Part shown: in pieces, positions 51,240 through 64,000 of the stretch
Position numbering within the stretch: the stretch's first letter is position 1
How the letters are laid out: each line of letters opens with the position of its first letter
Assembly: GCA_040954595.2 (NCBI GenBank)
Contig: CM082582.2
Coordinates: 8,186,063-8,250,062, forward strand
Direction: 5' to 3'
Source of the DNA: Balanoglossus misakiensis
Taxonomy: Eukaryota; Animalia; Hemichordata
DNA: 64,000 nucleotides
Position numbers and translations under genes: made by a program
The notes under the pieces: generated by a model
The model's database searches: none
Told to the model about the DNA's origin: nothing
What the model saw: the letters and a program-made list of their open reading frames with translations, nothing else

Positions 51240-54200
51240 ATGGAGACACCAGATCCCCTGAGAGATTTAATAGAAGCAACAGACACAAGCCGTGAAATAG
51301 AGGCGCTGGAATCACTGGCGAAGAAACTGACACCCGAACGACAAGCTCTGTCTATCGAGGACCTGGAACAGGAATGGCTTGAGTTAGCGTCCAGCACGTT
51401 GGGTGATGATTCCAAAGCCAGCAACCCTTTCCCGGGGAAGCAGCCGGAGCAGCTGCTGCCAAAGATTGAGGATTTGAAGATGTTCACGAGCTATCTGTTC
51501 AGGAGACGCTACGGCTGGTCGGAAGCTCTGAATGAGGAGGTCAAACTTGACTACGATCACAGCCTGGGATCTCAGCCCACTTGCCCAATTTCTGGTGAGG
51601 AGGTGAGACGCAAAGGCCGACTGAATGATTTACTGGACGATTTTCTGAAATGGTAAGTTGTTGTTGAAACTGGAAAAAAATGGAGCCTTCCCTTGAAATG
51701 TGTTCCATTACATTCTTAGTTCTAATACATCTTGCAAGGTACTGGGAAAAATTCTAGTACAGAATTGTAAATTCTGACAGCTAGCACATGCAGCTGTCAG
51801 AATTTACATTTTCTATTATCTTGCAAGTTTTAACCCTTTCACCACCATGGTTCAGTCCAAATCCATTGCTTTCTATGGTAAAACCTGGACATATATGACA
51901 AGATGTCATATATGGTGATCTGTTTGTTGGCAACTAATTTGAAAGCTGACAATATCTGTATTATACTATGTAGTCACAATAATTAATTGATTCATGGGGT
52001 ATTACCTGTATGTAGCTGTTGCTACTAATGGCTTGTCTGTGTCATAAAAGGCCCCAGGTTATATAGTTCCACTGAAAAGATATTGATACATGTACTGTAA
52101 ATTTACATCCAATGTACACGAGCGTGTGTAACAGTATTATTACACTCATTCCCAGGGTTAGGTTCTGTGCCATTATTGCCAACATGTAGAGAATTGGAGT
52201 GTGGTAATTATTTTATGGATGAAAACTGCTCTGGAATACAAAGCTAAACATGTCACTTTCAATCTTGATTTCTCAATGACCTTGGGATACCCAAGTACAA
52301 GTTTTATCTATAAATAGTATGATGCTGTTTCTTCTTGTCACTGAGGAAAATATTACAGCTAAGACATGAAAACAGTAGACATAGGTTCGTTTGAAACATG
52401 AATTAATTATTGGAAGATATTTGATAATGCAATAAATTATACAAGCGTAATTGCTTTTTTTTTGCTTTTATAAATTATGACAAAAATTATCTAGATATTG
52501 AAGGAAAATACTAATGGTTCAGCTCTGTTTAGCATATTGTACATGATGTATATTTGAATTCAAATTTTAAATGATGTTGGGAAAGGGAAAAACACCTCCA
52601 GACACATAATGATATTTAAAAATTATACACTATTGTATGGTATCAAATAATCGCCTAGCAACCAGACTGTATATACACGTGTCCAACAAAACAATATACA
52701 GAGGGTATAGTCAGTCATTTAGCAAAGGCTGGGGGGTCACAGCATGCTACAAAAGAGATGTGAACTGTGAAATATTTTAAAACTCAGGTTTGGTTTGTGT
52801 CACGTGAAAGGGTTTGTCTAATAAGGTACATTATATATAATGATGTGCAGGCTAGCAGTTGGAAAAAAAAAACATACTTTCCACTACGTTTTACCATTTT
52901 AATGGGTAGTTTCATTTCTCCATGAAATGATGCTTTTTCTGCCAACTTTTTGGAACCCTCAGCTTACTCCTGTTTTACACGAGAATATCAGTTGATCTTA
53001 GTTAGAAGTGTGAAATGTTGTTGCAGAATTTAGCTTGTATCCAAAGAATAGAGTCAGTGTCTATTTATTGTTTAAACCTATGTGAAAAGTAATCCTCTAA
53101 GAAAATACCTGGAATTATGATGAGGCTCATCATAATTCCAGGTATTTTCTTAGTAGATATGCTTCAGAAAGTTTTATTATGATAATAAATTTAATCCCAA
53201 GAGAGATCTCAGAATTGTCTTTCATGAGACTGCACTATTTTGGGGCGCTTTTTTGTATGCAGTAAGAATTGAAAGTGTGTATTTTGCATCATAAATGCAA
53301 ATGTACACCACCTAAAATAAACAGGCAACAGTTGTACGATTGAAACAATCTCACTGAGAGTAAAAAGGATCGAGATAATTGCGAGAAGATCAATTCTTTC
53401 TTTTTGATATGAAAATGAATTCTTTGTCCTGAAAATGGGTCCACAGAAAGTGTAATGGCTTGGAAAATCAATAACCTCCAGGCTCCCAGTGCGATGTACA
53501 GTACCTGTAAACAAGTCGGGCTGATTGCTATGAAAAATATCAGACGGGACTCTACTGTATGCTGATCTGTTTCACATACAGCTCTGTCAAAACTGTGTCA
53601 TTTATTGCTGACGCAGACCTGTTGCACACATGTCCTGAAGTGGAGATACTTGATGCTGTGTCGACTCCCGTCATATTTAAGAGAGAATAATCTGAAGTTG
53701 CACGAGAAAAGTTTAAGTCTTTGACTTTCGGGATGCAGACTACCTTAAATTTAAACATTCACCTTCATGAGGTTCAGATCCCTGGTGGCAATGCTATATG
53801 GCTATTTGACACACAGCATACGAAAATTCCCCTGCCGCACAAATGGTACGCCTTGGGTGTATGTAGTTGACTTCCGACCTCACCAGGTACTACTAAAGAG
53901 CTGAAACGGCCATTAAATTACCGCAGTGCAGTAATATGAAGCACTTTTTGGGCATTTAAATTTTACCGTCTACATACATATCAGGCACCATGCAGGTACA
54001 TCTACTGCAGGTACTGAATCATTTATGTATTGTGAGTAATGCTTGCAGCTGTAAAATGACCTTAAGAAATATTTATTGCAGTTTTATTTTGCTGAATTTA
54101 CAACCAACATGCGATGGGATTTCTTAAGCATTACATGTAGTTACGTACACAGTCAACTGACTCTAGTCAGATTATCAATTGAAACCATATAAATAAGAAA

Positions 54201-57200
54201 AGGTACACATTTTCGATTCAGAGCTGATGATGTCTGTGATAAGTGTCTGGGGAAGGTCAGACCTGTAAGAAAAGATTTTTTTTTCAGTTCCTGCCTAGTC
54301 AAAAGAAGGGATGATGGATGCTTTTCAAACACTAAATATACAAGACGGTACCCCCATTCATTACCTGATATTATCATTGTTAAAGATATCACGTTAGAGA
54401 AAAAACATATTTTTGCAGCCTTATAACATAATCATTTTCAGACATGGATCCTCATCCAGCCTGTTGCTGTGGCAACCGTCACTTTGACTCGAACAGGTAT
54501 TAATTATTGCAGGACAGACTGTAGGTTTCTTTACAATCGTATTGAAATCTGCTGTCAAAACAACATTAGCAGAACTAACGTTTTTATGGTGTCAGGTGAA
54601 ATCTGAGAGAAAGTCAAATGACAGTGTAGACTGCCTGTCACACATAGTAAACTGTGGTTGAGTCCTAATGCTTCATTTCTTTCCCCACAGGTATTTTTGT
54701 CAACCACTCAGTCGTCCCCTGCTGGAAAGTCTCAAGAATACTATCGTTGAAGGTAAAGGAGGAAATTTTGAAATTCTTCATCATACTTTAAAGGGACAAT
54801 GCTTCTCACTTTTCTGGGTAAATTTTGGTCTGTACCAAACATTGTATCGTTGTCACACAGAGTGTGAATTGAGTTGTAAAAACAGTGAATGAGCATATCT
54901 TAGAATTAGATACAAGAACAAAATCCCTTAAGGGGTAAAATAAACAAAAGCCAAAAGAGAACGACTTTGTCCCTTTAATGTCCCGGGTGGCTCTTCTCTG
55001 TCTTCTGCATTTGATGTTTGGTAATTGAACTCTCAAAGCCACTGCGATTTCTGCTAAAATGACATAAAACCAAGGCAAGTGAGCATGTAAGACTTTGAGT
55101 AGGACTCAGATTTGCGCCCTGGTACCTGTACATACCACATCATCATTTGTATTCCGGTGTTAACACGAGTATAATGGGCTGGTGAATGAAGAAGAGGAAT
55201 TAGATTGTCGATGGCAATTCACAAGAAAATGTTCAAATGAGGTGCGTCAATATCCTTGCTAATTTATCATTTCAGCAAATTCTTTCCCGGTTGTTCGCAA
55301 CCAGACGTTCGTGCACATCATGGAGTGGTTGAAAGTGAATGCTCATGACTCGGCCAGGATAAGTGAGTGTTTGGAACCTATAAAGGACCTGATGGTTTGC
55401 GGACTGACTGATATATGGTCGGCCATCAGGAACGCCTGCGTGGCAAGACTCAGTCCAATTATTGAACATTTTAAGATATCTCAGATTGAGGCATTCTTCC
55501 AAGATCTTGCTAAGGTGAGTTTTTGTTCGCTAACATCAATTTTTTTTTTATTGAACGGATAATAGCTGTAACATTAAATGATAATTTGCCTTTCCTTGGT
55601 TCTGCTCAGTAAAGCATTCTTTAAAAAGTAAATACCTAGTATTCAGGTTGAACTCGTCTAAGGTTTGTCGAATACACTGCACACACAGCCCTCGTCACTA
55701 CATGGCCGTATTTTGTGAAAAAGCCAATAGTATGTCACTTAGAAGTGAAGCATAGTGCCATGCCAGCCAGGGGGAAGGCACTTTAAAGGAAGCCTTGAGT
55801 TGGATGTGTGTAATTATCACTCGACAGGAGTGAAGCTCAACGAAGCACTTTAGTGAATGTCTGTATGCGTGGATGACTGGAGAAGACAGAATCCAGTCTC
55901 TCACCCTTGTTTCCATGGAAATGGCAAAGTTGTATTCTCCACGCACAGTTACCGTGGCTGCACTGACTTCTGCCGAAACACAGGCCTGATGTTACTTAGT
56001 TTTTGACACCGAGCCTGTAAATTGCGAAATATATGTTCGGGACTAGCTCAAAAAAATAACAGAAACCGGTAGTGGTTCAGTGGGATCAGTTTGATGTATT
56101 TGTCTGATAGAACACAGCTGAGCAGATCTATTTTTGGTCTGATAGTTTAAATGGTTCATTAGATTTGTTGCTCAGGGCCTCCTGCATTATCCCATGTTTG
56201 GGAATTCTCGACACGGTCTCACCACACCCTATTGAGGCAATACACCTGTGGTAATTAGAAACGATATGTTTACCAGGTCTTCTTCAATTTTCCGTAAAAC
56301 TCTCTCTTTTACGGTGATTATTGCTGTGTGGAGAAATTGTATTGTAACTGAATGTAGAAAAATCGCTCTTGCGATAAAAGAGTCCAATTTCAGCCAACTT
56401 GGTGTCAAATTGCAAAATAAAAAAATGATCAAAAGGTATAGATGTCGTAGGAAGCAATTCAGAAATGGTTTCCATGGATACTAAGCAGTTTATCAAGCTG
56501 GAGCTGGCATTCGCAGATTAGAAGTAGCCTGACCTCTCAAGGGTACCGACTCATCAATACTATCTACTGCGAGCTTGTGTATGAAATGTGTGTGTATTGT
56601 GTTGATCAGTAGAGAGATCTGCAGGAAATAGAATATCACAACCTCCATTACAGATCAACTTTCCAGTTTTTTCTCTCCAATATGCCACATCGTTGCCGTG
56701 GTAAAGTTCCGCTAAGCTGATCTGTGGCAGTGCATGTGTTACTGCAATTTATTATTCCCACTCAGTGCCCTGAAGAATTTCAAATTTACAGCCGCGTTGA
56801 GAAAATTCCTGGAATGGAAATACTGTAAATAATTTACAAAGCCTGATGACGTCAAAGGCAACAGAGATAAATCGTCACGGATTTTATAAATCAGAAAAAT
56901 AATAACATTAATAGTAATTTTATTCTCTTCCTACTTTATGTAATCTGCAATTTCTGGTTTTGCTGATGGAAAAGAAATCCTTCATATCTCATGGAATCAT
57001 GCATTTAAGCTTGGTGGCTTTATCTTGAGTCGGAGAAATGGCTGCAGAAAAATAAGATTCTCATAAGTAGTATTGAGTTGTCTTGTTATAAGACTTTTAT
57101 TGAAATTCTATACACTTCACGGAACTTGTGTATCCTATTACATAAAGTATTTCCTGTATTTTTTTTTCAGGAGATTCAAAAATTCCGTTTCAATTATTTT

Positions 57201-60200
57201 TTCTTTATGTACTGATACTATGACTTAAAACATGTGCGTGCTTATATTTACATGAGTAAAATTGCTAATCACAGTCCCTCCTTCATGACAGAGGTAGTGT
57301 GTATCATACTGTTTTAGCATCCATTTACTAAATCAGATGTTGATTTTTATTTCTTGCCAGATTTGCTTGAATAAAGAGAGCACATGGCAGGCCATAGAAG
57401 GAGCGGTCATGGGGATCAATTCCATAATTCGACGATTTCAATGGATCGGATGCCAAGCAGTGGAACCTGCATTGTCCGAGTCGGGATCAGAGAAAGCTGA
57501 GTATTATCTCAAGGTAGGAGTTTGTGTGTCTCTGGATTTATCAGGGTTCATGCCCTCCTGGAAAATCCTGTCAGGGTCTGGAATTTGAGACCGTGATTCC
57601 GGGAAAGTGCTTTGAGTGAAAGTCCTGATATTTATTCCTGGAAAATTGGTTTTCATGATGCCATCATTAAAATAGTTGATTATTGCAGAAAGAACGCAAC
57701 GCACTGACTGGCTTTGTTGTGGGTATTTAGCGAGTCCTTTTGTCTGGGTACGTCTATTGCTCATTTCTGTTCGCAGTTTCCACTTCACAGTGGAATAAAG
57801 CATTCCCCCAGTGATTGATTGTATCCAGTCTTTTAAAGCGTCTTGTAAAATGTCATCCAGCATGTAGGATTCTTTGAACCGGTTTTGGTCAGTCACCCCG
57901 TTTCATAAAAAAGCACTAATTGCGAAATGCCTCGACGTGCGGTCCTTTTCAACGCCCCGGTCTTACGTATGCTGAGATCTTGTTGTTTTGAAAACGACCG
58001 TTGATGACTGTTTCAGTGTTCATCAATAGGCATTATGAAACATTCAAGAGATTCAGGAATGGGGTAATTTAAAACTCTAATGGAGTTACCACATCACGTC
58101 AAGACGCGGTAATTGACAGAAGGCGCACGTACAGCCTTTCGTTGCACGACAAAACAAGCCATCTATCTGCTGGCTAAATCTCGACACTCTTCTTTTCTGC
58201 TCGGGATCATTAAGTGTAAGATGAAACCCGCGGTTCACAAGCTGTAATTTAATTTCTACACTTTGTTCTGCGTTTCTACCTCATTTCTGTCTCGATTGAT
58301 TTCTCATGGAGTATATTGCACGCAGTAGACGTAATTAGTAATCTTCGCCCACTGTCTGAGATGCCGTGCTCATTCCGTCTGCTTCTTCAGAATCTCGCAG
58401 GCCTGAGAAGATGGAAGGAAATTACACAAATTAAGAATTTAGGTTTTGCAAGTGCAGTTCAGATCGCTGACTTGAAAATATTTTCTAGTAATTTTAAGTC
58501 TGTATTGACTTTGAATGCCTCAGGTAAATATTAAAATTCACCATCACTTTATTTGAAATTTAAGTTTCGCACACCAGTTCATACTTTTCAATAAAAATGG
58601 TGAATTGTGTGTTAGTGAGGAGTTCTCCAATTTGCAGATGATGATTTGCTGAAAATATATTAAACTGCTCCTGTTTTATTTCCTTATTTCAGTTTGGTGT
58701 AGAAGAGTTGACACAGCTCCCCATCTTCATCAGCAGTCAGATCCACTCCGTCATCTTTCCCTTGCTTGGACATCCCCAGCTGAGTATCCGGGAAAACGCA
58801 ATCCGGGCGTTTTCCTCCTTCCTGTCCAGGTGTGAATTCAAGGTAAGGGAATTGCCACATCCATCACTGTGTGTTCAATTTTTATTTTTAGCATCTTTAC
58901 GTGGAATCCAAAGTTGGGTGTGATCAGATATAAATGCTCAGTATCAAGCTTATCAATACAGTTTATCCATGTGTACAATTATTAAAGTAAGAAATTGAAT
59001 TCAAGTCCGGACTGGAATTAATTTGTCAACTACCAGTATATAATGATCGCACCGCACATACAGGTTAGATTGACTAACAATATTCTCCCAGGTGAGGTAG
59101 TTTTGATCTGCCGCATCTGCGCATTCGTTTGTTAATGTCCTCAAAAGCGGAATAAATATTTCAGTCTATGTGAATTAAGGTGCTTGATTCCAGGATATTA
59201 GAATCCGCCGATGGAGAGCTTGTCATTAGTTCCAGAGTGTAGATACATATAGATTGCACTCAATGGGACTTCCCCCAATATTGATCGCTGTGTTTAATCT
59301 GTGCACCTTGTTTCATTTTGAGATGACCTGTCATGACTCCCGGAAACATTTAGACTACTTACGAGATTGATGGCAGGGGGCATAGATTTTGTACATTTTC
59401 CTTACTCTCTACAAATTTTTTTATTGCTTCTGTATTTTTCAAACAAACATTTTCCTCACATGAAAACAGTTACTTTTCACTGATAGTTAGTATAAATTTG
59501 CTATAAATGTGAAGTTTGTTTAGCTCTGGATAAATAAATTTCTTTATGATATTTTGGTGATATAATCTAAAATATCCCCAAGTCAACTATCAAAGTTGAG
59601 TCTTCATCCTCTTCTGAAAATATCACGATGCAAACTCGAGTGTACGGCTGAAAGTGTTAAAAAGTATAAAACGACTTAAATATAGAAAGGTCAACAAGCT
59701 GCAAATACACCTTTATCCGTTCCTCGATTTTCTACATTACTGTCAAGGGATACATCATCTGATCAGATCCAATCTTCTTCACCTCCCCTCACAGGAAGCT
59801 CTGTCCTCCTTCAAGGAAGTCATCAGTCTGCTGTGTAAAGGGGCAGTGACCGATCCCACACCAGCCGACGAACACATGAACGCACTCTCACAGAGGAATA
59901 ATTTACCCCACCTGGCTGTGATGAATCCGGGCTACAAATTCCTGGATGCGTATCATGCCGAGGGGTTGTTGGGAGTTTGTATATTCCTTGTTAAGGTAAA
60001 CAGGATTGTTTACTCTTTGGCATTAAAGGCCCATGAGCAGAAACTTTGGACGTTATTTTCATGATTTTACTTTTGAGCTGAAATGTGGTCATGTAGATGT
60101 ACTTAATACTGTGGGATGTGTATACAAGGATTATTCACCACTGAATGGTGCCAGATGTGAAAGCTTGAGCAAGATATATATCATAAATGGGTGCCACACC

Positions 60201-62860
60201 CAAATATGGCCACCTCCGTGCAGATTATGCAAAATACTGTGGATAAACCAACTGTGAAGGCATGCAAAGGGATTCTAATTTGCACAATCACAAGAACAGA
60301 GAATTGAACATTTATTTCTTTTTTCTCTTTTTATTCTTCAATTTCATACAGCACATATCACCAGGGTATCTCTTACCACACTGGCCCGTATACTTTTCCA
60401 CTTTCAATTTGTATTTAATGCACCCGGCGTCCACTGTCAGGCAAGCTACAAGTGCAGTTTTTAAATATTTAGGTAAGCAGGTCCTATTTGTTGCTTATGT
60501 GGATTTTAGTGAGTGAATATTAATGTGAAAATATATACTAAATACTATCTTCCAGTGTCTAACTGAAAGAATCTGAACTACATAGACATCTGTAGGATAC
60601 CTACCGTTTTTATTGGCTTCTTAAATAACAAGATTGAGTGTTTGAAGCTTTTAACCGAAAGGAGCTCACAGAAGAGATTTGTGTCATGAGATGTGAGTTG
60701 AATGAGAATGAAATGAGTATTTCATCAGTAGCTTTCAATGTGCTCAGAGAGGTAGCTTCTCAAAGCCAATAATTATCAGGATTGAACTGACATGGATGTG
60801 TTCCTCTTGTCTGCAGTGGCCAAAGACAGCAATAACCCCAGCCTGCTGAAACTCGTCCTGCAAGGCCTCTGCGCCGAGTGGAGCGTGGACGTCTCTCTCC
60901 TGACCCAGCACGCCAACTACCGGTCCATCCACCGGTCCTTCATCAGCACGGACCCGGAGAACCCCGGAGCGGAGCACGAGGAGAAGACCTTTCCCGTCAC
61001 CGGCGGCAACAGGCCCCGGGTGCCGTCGGTGTCGGACAGCCACGACTGGGCGCCGGAGGGCGAGAGTCACACGACCCGGTCGGGGATGCTGCACCCCAAG
61101 CATCGAAGACTGAGCATCAGCATGGTGCATACTACGGGATCTACTGATCAATTCTGTGAGTCTGACATCGATCCCCATATTTCAGTTTTTTTATCACTCA
61201 GTTCAAATTGATCATTTTTTATGGCGCCAGCTAAATTTATCCTCGTGAACTTTTCTCTGCTCTGACCTGAAGCAAAATTGGAATCTTGAAAATTGTCCAC
61301 GTGGGAGTTCATTCCTCCCCAGCATGATACAAGACAGAGCACTCTGTAGCATGGTAACAGTTGAGTCAACACTTAGTGTGATTACTCTGAAAAGCTTGTT
61401 ATTTCAGAAGACAGATATGATCAAGTCGGTGAATATCCATTATGTTGACAAATGGCGTCTGAGAATGTCTTTTTAGTTTCACGAATCTGTTTCTTGAATT
61501 ACAGCAAATGTGTGGCAGCATGCTGTCACATAGATTTGAAATGACAATTTGAAATCGCTGTTTCATGTGATGTAGACTCTAGCTGTGAAATATACAGATG
61601 ATACACATCCATCTGTGGAAATATGAATGACACACTTAGATTATCCTCCTCTATTTTAGATGCTGACAGTATTATCTCCAAAGCTTGGGAATGGAGGGAG
61701 GGCCGACTGTTCGCCTACGAACTCATCATCAAGTTTCTCATCATCAACCACATTCACTACCTGTTTCCGTCGTATGCTTTGCCCCCGCATAAATTCGATG
61801 GCATGGCATCCACCGACGACACTCTGACAACCAGGTAAGCAGTTGTTATTTCTGAGAGCGGTTCTTTAGGAGAATTTATATGTGTACCTGTCTGGCTATT
61901 TATTAGGAGTGTCTATGGGAACTAGGCCTATTGACATAACACGTAACCTAAAACTGCATACAAACAAGTCACAGAACATTCATCGAAACATCCACCAGTA
62001 CAAAATTAACAGTTGAGTCTCTTTATCTCACAGTCACCAGAGCAGAATGATGGACTCCAGAGTTCAGGTCAAAAGTCAAAGTCACGGTGGATCAACGTTA
62101 CACAAGGTTTTCCATGGTACTGGACCCACAAAGAAGCAGTCTTTGGTAAAGCAAAACTTTTATTCACTGTTGGTAGCCATGCAGGAACTTGGGGTGGTGA
62201 TGGTGTTGTAGAAGCCAAGTGTTATGCATGTGAATACTGCAAGGGCATATACATTGTATAGTATTCTTGTATTTTGTTATCAAGACTGTGATCGGTTCTC
62301 CATCAGGTATAAACCTGGTTTTAAGAGGTTTTACTAAATCAATCATTTCATGATGAAAAGACGTTTTCTAATTATCCTTGTTGCTGTTGGTTACAGGATG
62401 AGACACAGTCACCCAGGGATGACAAGGAACGTTCTTCGTCTTTTAGCAAGAGCAAAAAACAGACGACAACATCACCAACACCACCAGGTGACAAGGAAAA
62501 GGTAATTATCACTCTGTGCATTGGGTGAAGCTTGTGATCAACCAAGCATATGATTGTAGCCACTGTGTGAATGCTAACCTGCAGATCCATGTCTCAGATA
62601 TGCCTGTCAGTCATCTAACACAAATCATATACAGATATTTTATAGCGAAACAAGTCCAAACTGAATTGTCTGTGATGAACCACAGTCTGTGCTTAAAACT
62701 TTTTCTTGCAAAAATATTAATTAAACAATGGCATAATCATAGTTAATTGTCACTTTATGAATGGATTTCAATTGTACTCGTTTCAGGTTTTGACGAGAGC
62801 CTGTAGTGAGAGGAGGAGAGAAATAAACACAAACATACCAGAAGATTTACAGAAAAGGAG
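51240..62860 (+). CDS. Uncharacterised HEAT/ARM-repeat-like protein, 3'-partial (continues beyond the window), at least ~715 aa
   Basis: Exons 51240-51652, 54691-54752, 55276-55514, 57361-57513, 58693-58842, 59795-59995, 60352-60472, 60817-61155, 61660-61834, 62034-62145, 62397-62501, 62787-62860, phases consistent. HEAT-like signatures: GLTDIWSAIRNAC, TWQAIEGAVMGI, LLGHPQLSIRENAIRAF, LMHPASTVRQATSAVF, WEWREGRLFAYE. Confidence 0.85.
51766..51808. repeat. 17-bp inverted repeat with 9-nt loop
   Basis: tgtaaattctgacagct-agcacatgc-agctgtcagaatttaca. Confidence 0.9.
51830..51890 (+). mobile_element. TTAA MITE, truncated copy 4
   Basis: ttaaccctttcaccaccatggttcagtccaaatccattgctttctatggta matches the left half of copy 2; no right TIR seen. 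Confidence 0.7.
53097..53153. repeat. Perfect 28-bp inverted repeat with 1-nt spacer (57-bp palindrome)
   Basis: ctaagaaaatacctggaattatgatgag-g-ctcatcataattccaggtattttcttag. Confidence 0.95.
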
Positions 62861-64000
62861 GTACAGTATGATCAAACCTTGTCACATTCATAGTTTGATA
62901 TTTTCCAAGAAAATGAGGAAAAGAATGATTTGTCTGTGAGAATGCCATGCCTGCTATGGATCAGCATAATGGATACCAGCAGCAAACAGAGACGATTACT
63001 GTCATGATGATATCTCTGCTCGCATTAAAGTTTAACATCCACAAGTACTAGACTCTGCAAAGCTGCTAAATCCTTCTCTGGCACATAACATCATGCTTCA
63101 TGGTACAGAAATATCTCCCATCCATCCAAATCTTCGCATTCTAAGATTCTTGTGTTTCCCTGTACATGTTAAGAAGGTCCGTCTTCCTTGGAAAATCTCT
63201 AGCCATTAGGATTATGAGCGATCGGGGAAAAATCATAACCTGAGGAAAATATTAAGCAGCACTTTACTCCCTCCAATTTTAATCACATTAAAGATTAAAT
63301 TCTTTCTAATACTACTTTCTAATCAATAAAATTCCATGATATCTCCATATCACCAATCCTAACGACTCCTTCCAATGTTTTATATACTCCTACTCTTGCA
63401 GGAAAATGTTCAAAAGGTTTGTCACAAATTTCTTCTATCCCTGTTGAGTTTTTTCTTTTGTCAAGCAGTTCATTGTTATGCTTTGATTTTTTTAAACGTA
63501 ATATTATCAAAGGTATGTCCCGAATTTGTTATTTGGCAAGAAATTGCATTTAAAATTATTTTGGTAAGATTTGTTTTTTAAGTTTTTGTCTGAAATACAT
63601 ATTTCGTTGTTGTTTGTTTTCTCTCTTCTCACACTATTTACAGTTGCTATGTTTTCAACAACTATGCTTTGGAAGTTAAATACTTAAGTTATTAATGCTT
63701 GCCAACTTTGCTTGCATTATTTCGTTGTTTTGGGCTTGGTCTAAAGACAGGCAGTGCTTGCTTCTTCTACATACATGTATGCCACTGTTACGTCCGATTT
63801 GCACTCACTTTTAATAATTATCTTTAATAATAATCTGATACATGCTATTAACCTTATTTTTCTCTCTGTCTTCTGGAGTTGTGTCTGTTCTCACAAGCAG
63901 GGGGGTGGGGTGGGGGTGATGGGGGGGGGGGGGGGGGGGGGGGGCTTGTTGTCCCCCTAACAGGATTTCACCAGCATATGTTCTGGTGGTATTGTGACAC

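Noticed and set aside
63469-63512. Second small exon SLLCFDFFKRNIIK as a mutually exclusive partner of the 15-nt microexon
   Set aside because: Its exit phase (1) differs from the microexon's (2), and the downstream exon is outside the window, so it cannot be supported.
1-64000. CRISPR arrays, rRNA/tRNA genes, autonomous transposase or reverse-transcriptase ORFs
   Set aside because: No regularly spaced repeats, cloverleaf/rRNA signatures or transposase/RT motifs seen; all long ORFs are explained by spliced host genes.

Overview
Eukaryotic, intron-rich animal DNA: AT-rich, GT-AG introns, many TACATGTA octamers. The style suggests an invertebrate deuterostome such as a hemichordate, but that is inference only. 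I assembled exon chains by eye from splice signals and codon phase. They give (1) the probable 3' end of an unidentified gene at the left edge; (2) a 16-exon plasma-membrane-type Na+/H+ exchanger (SLC9A1-5 clade, + strand, 1751-27746) whose tail has several candidate microexons/cassette exons, a poly-His tract and a PDZ-type end; (3) a 2-exon class A peptide-receptor-like GPCR with a long Ser/Thr-rich ectodomain (- strand, 29978-32037); (4) a 23-exon formin with N-terminal PH-like + PH domains, FH1, FH2 and a C-terminal PH domain (PHCF type, + strand, 32889-45584), with a repeated short N-terminal helical motif; (5) UBE2V/Mms2 (- strand, 48730-50291); and (6) head-to-head with it, an uncharacterised HEAT/ARM-like gene running off the right edge (+ strand, from 51240). 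Non-coding signals include a ~93-bp TTAA-flanked MITE family, a 31-bp TIR/TSD element resembling a P-element excision footprint, long palindromes, many RFX X-box motifs and microsatellites. I found no CRISPR array, rRNA or tRNA. No database searches were run, so family calls rest on recognised motifs.
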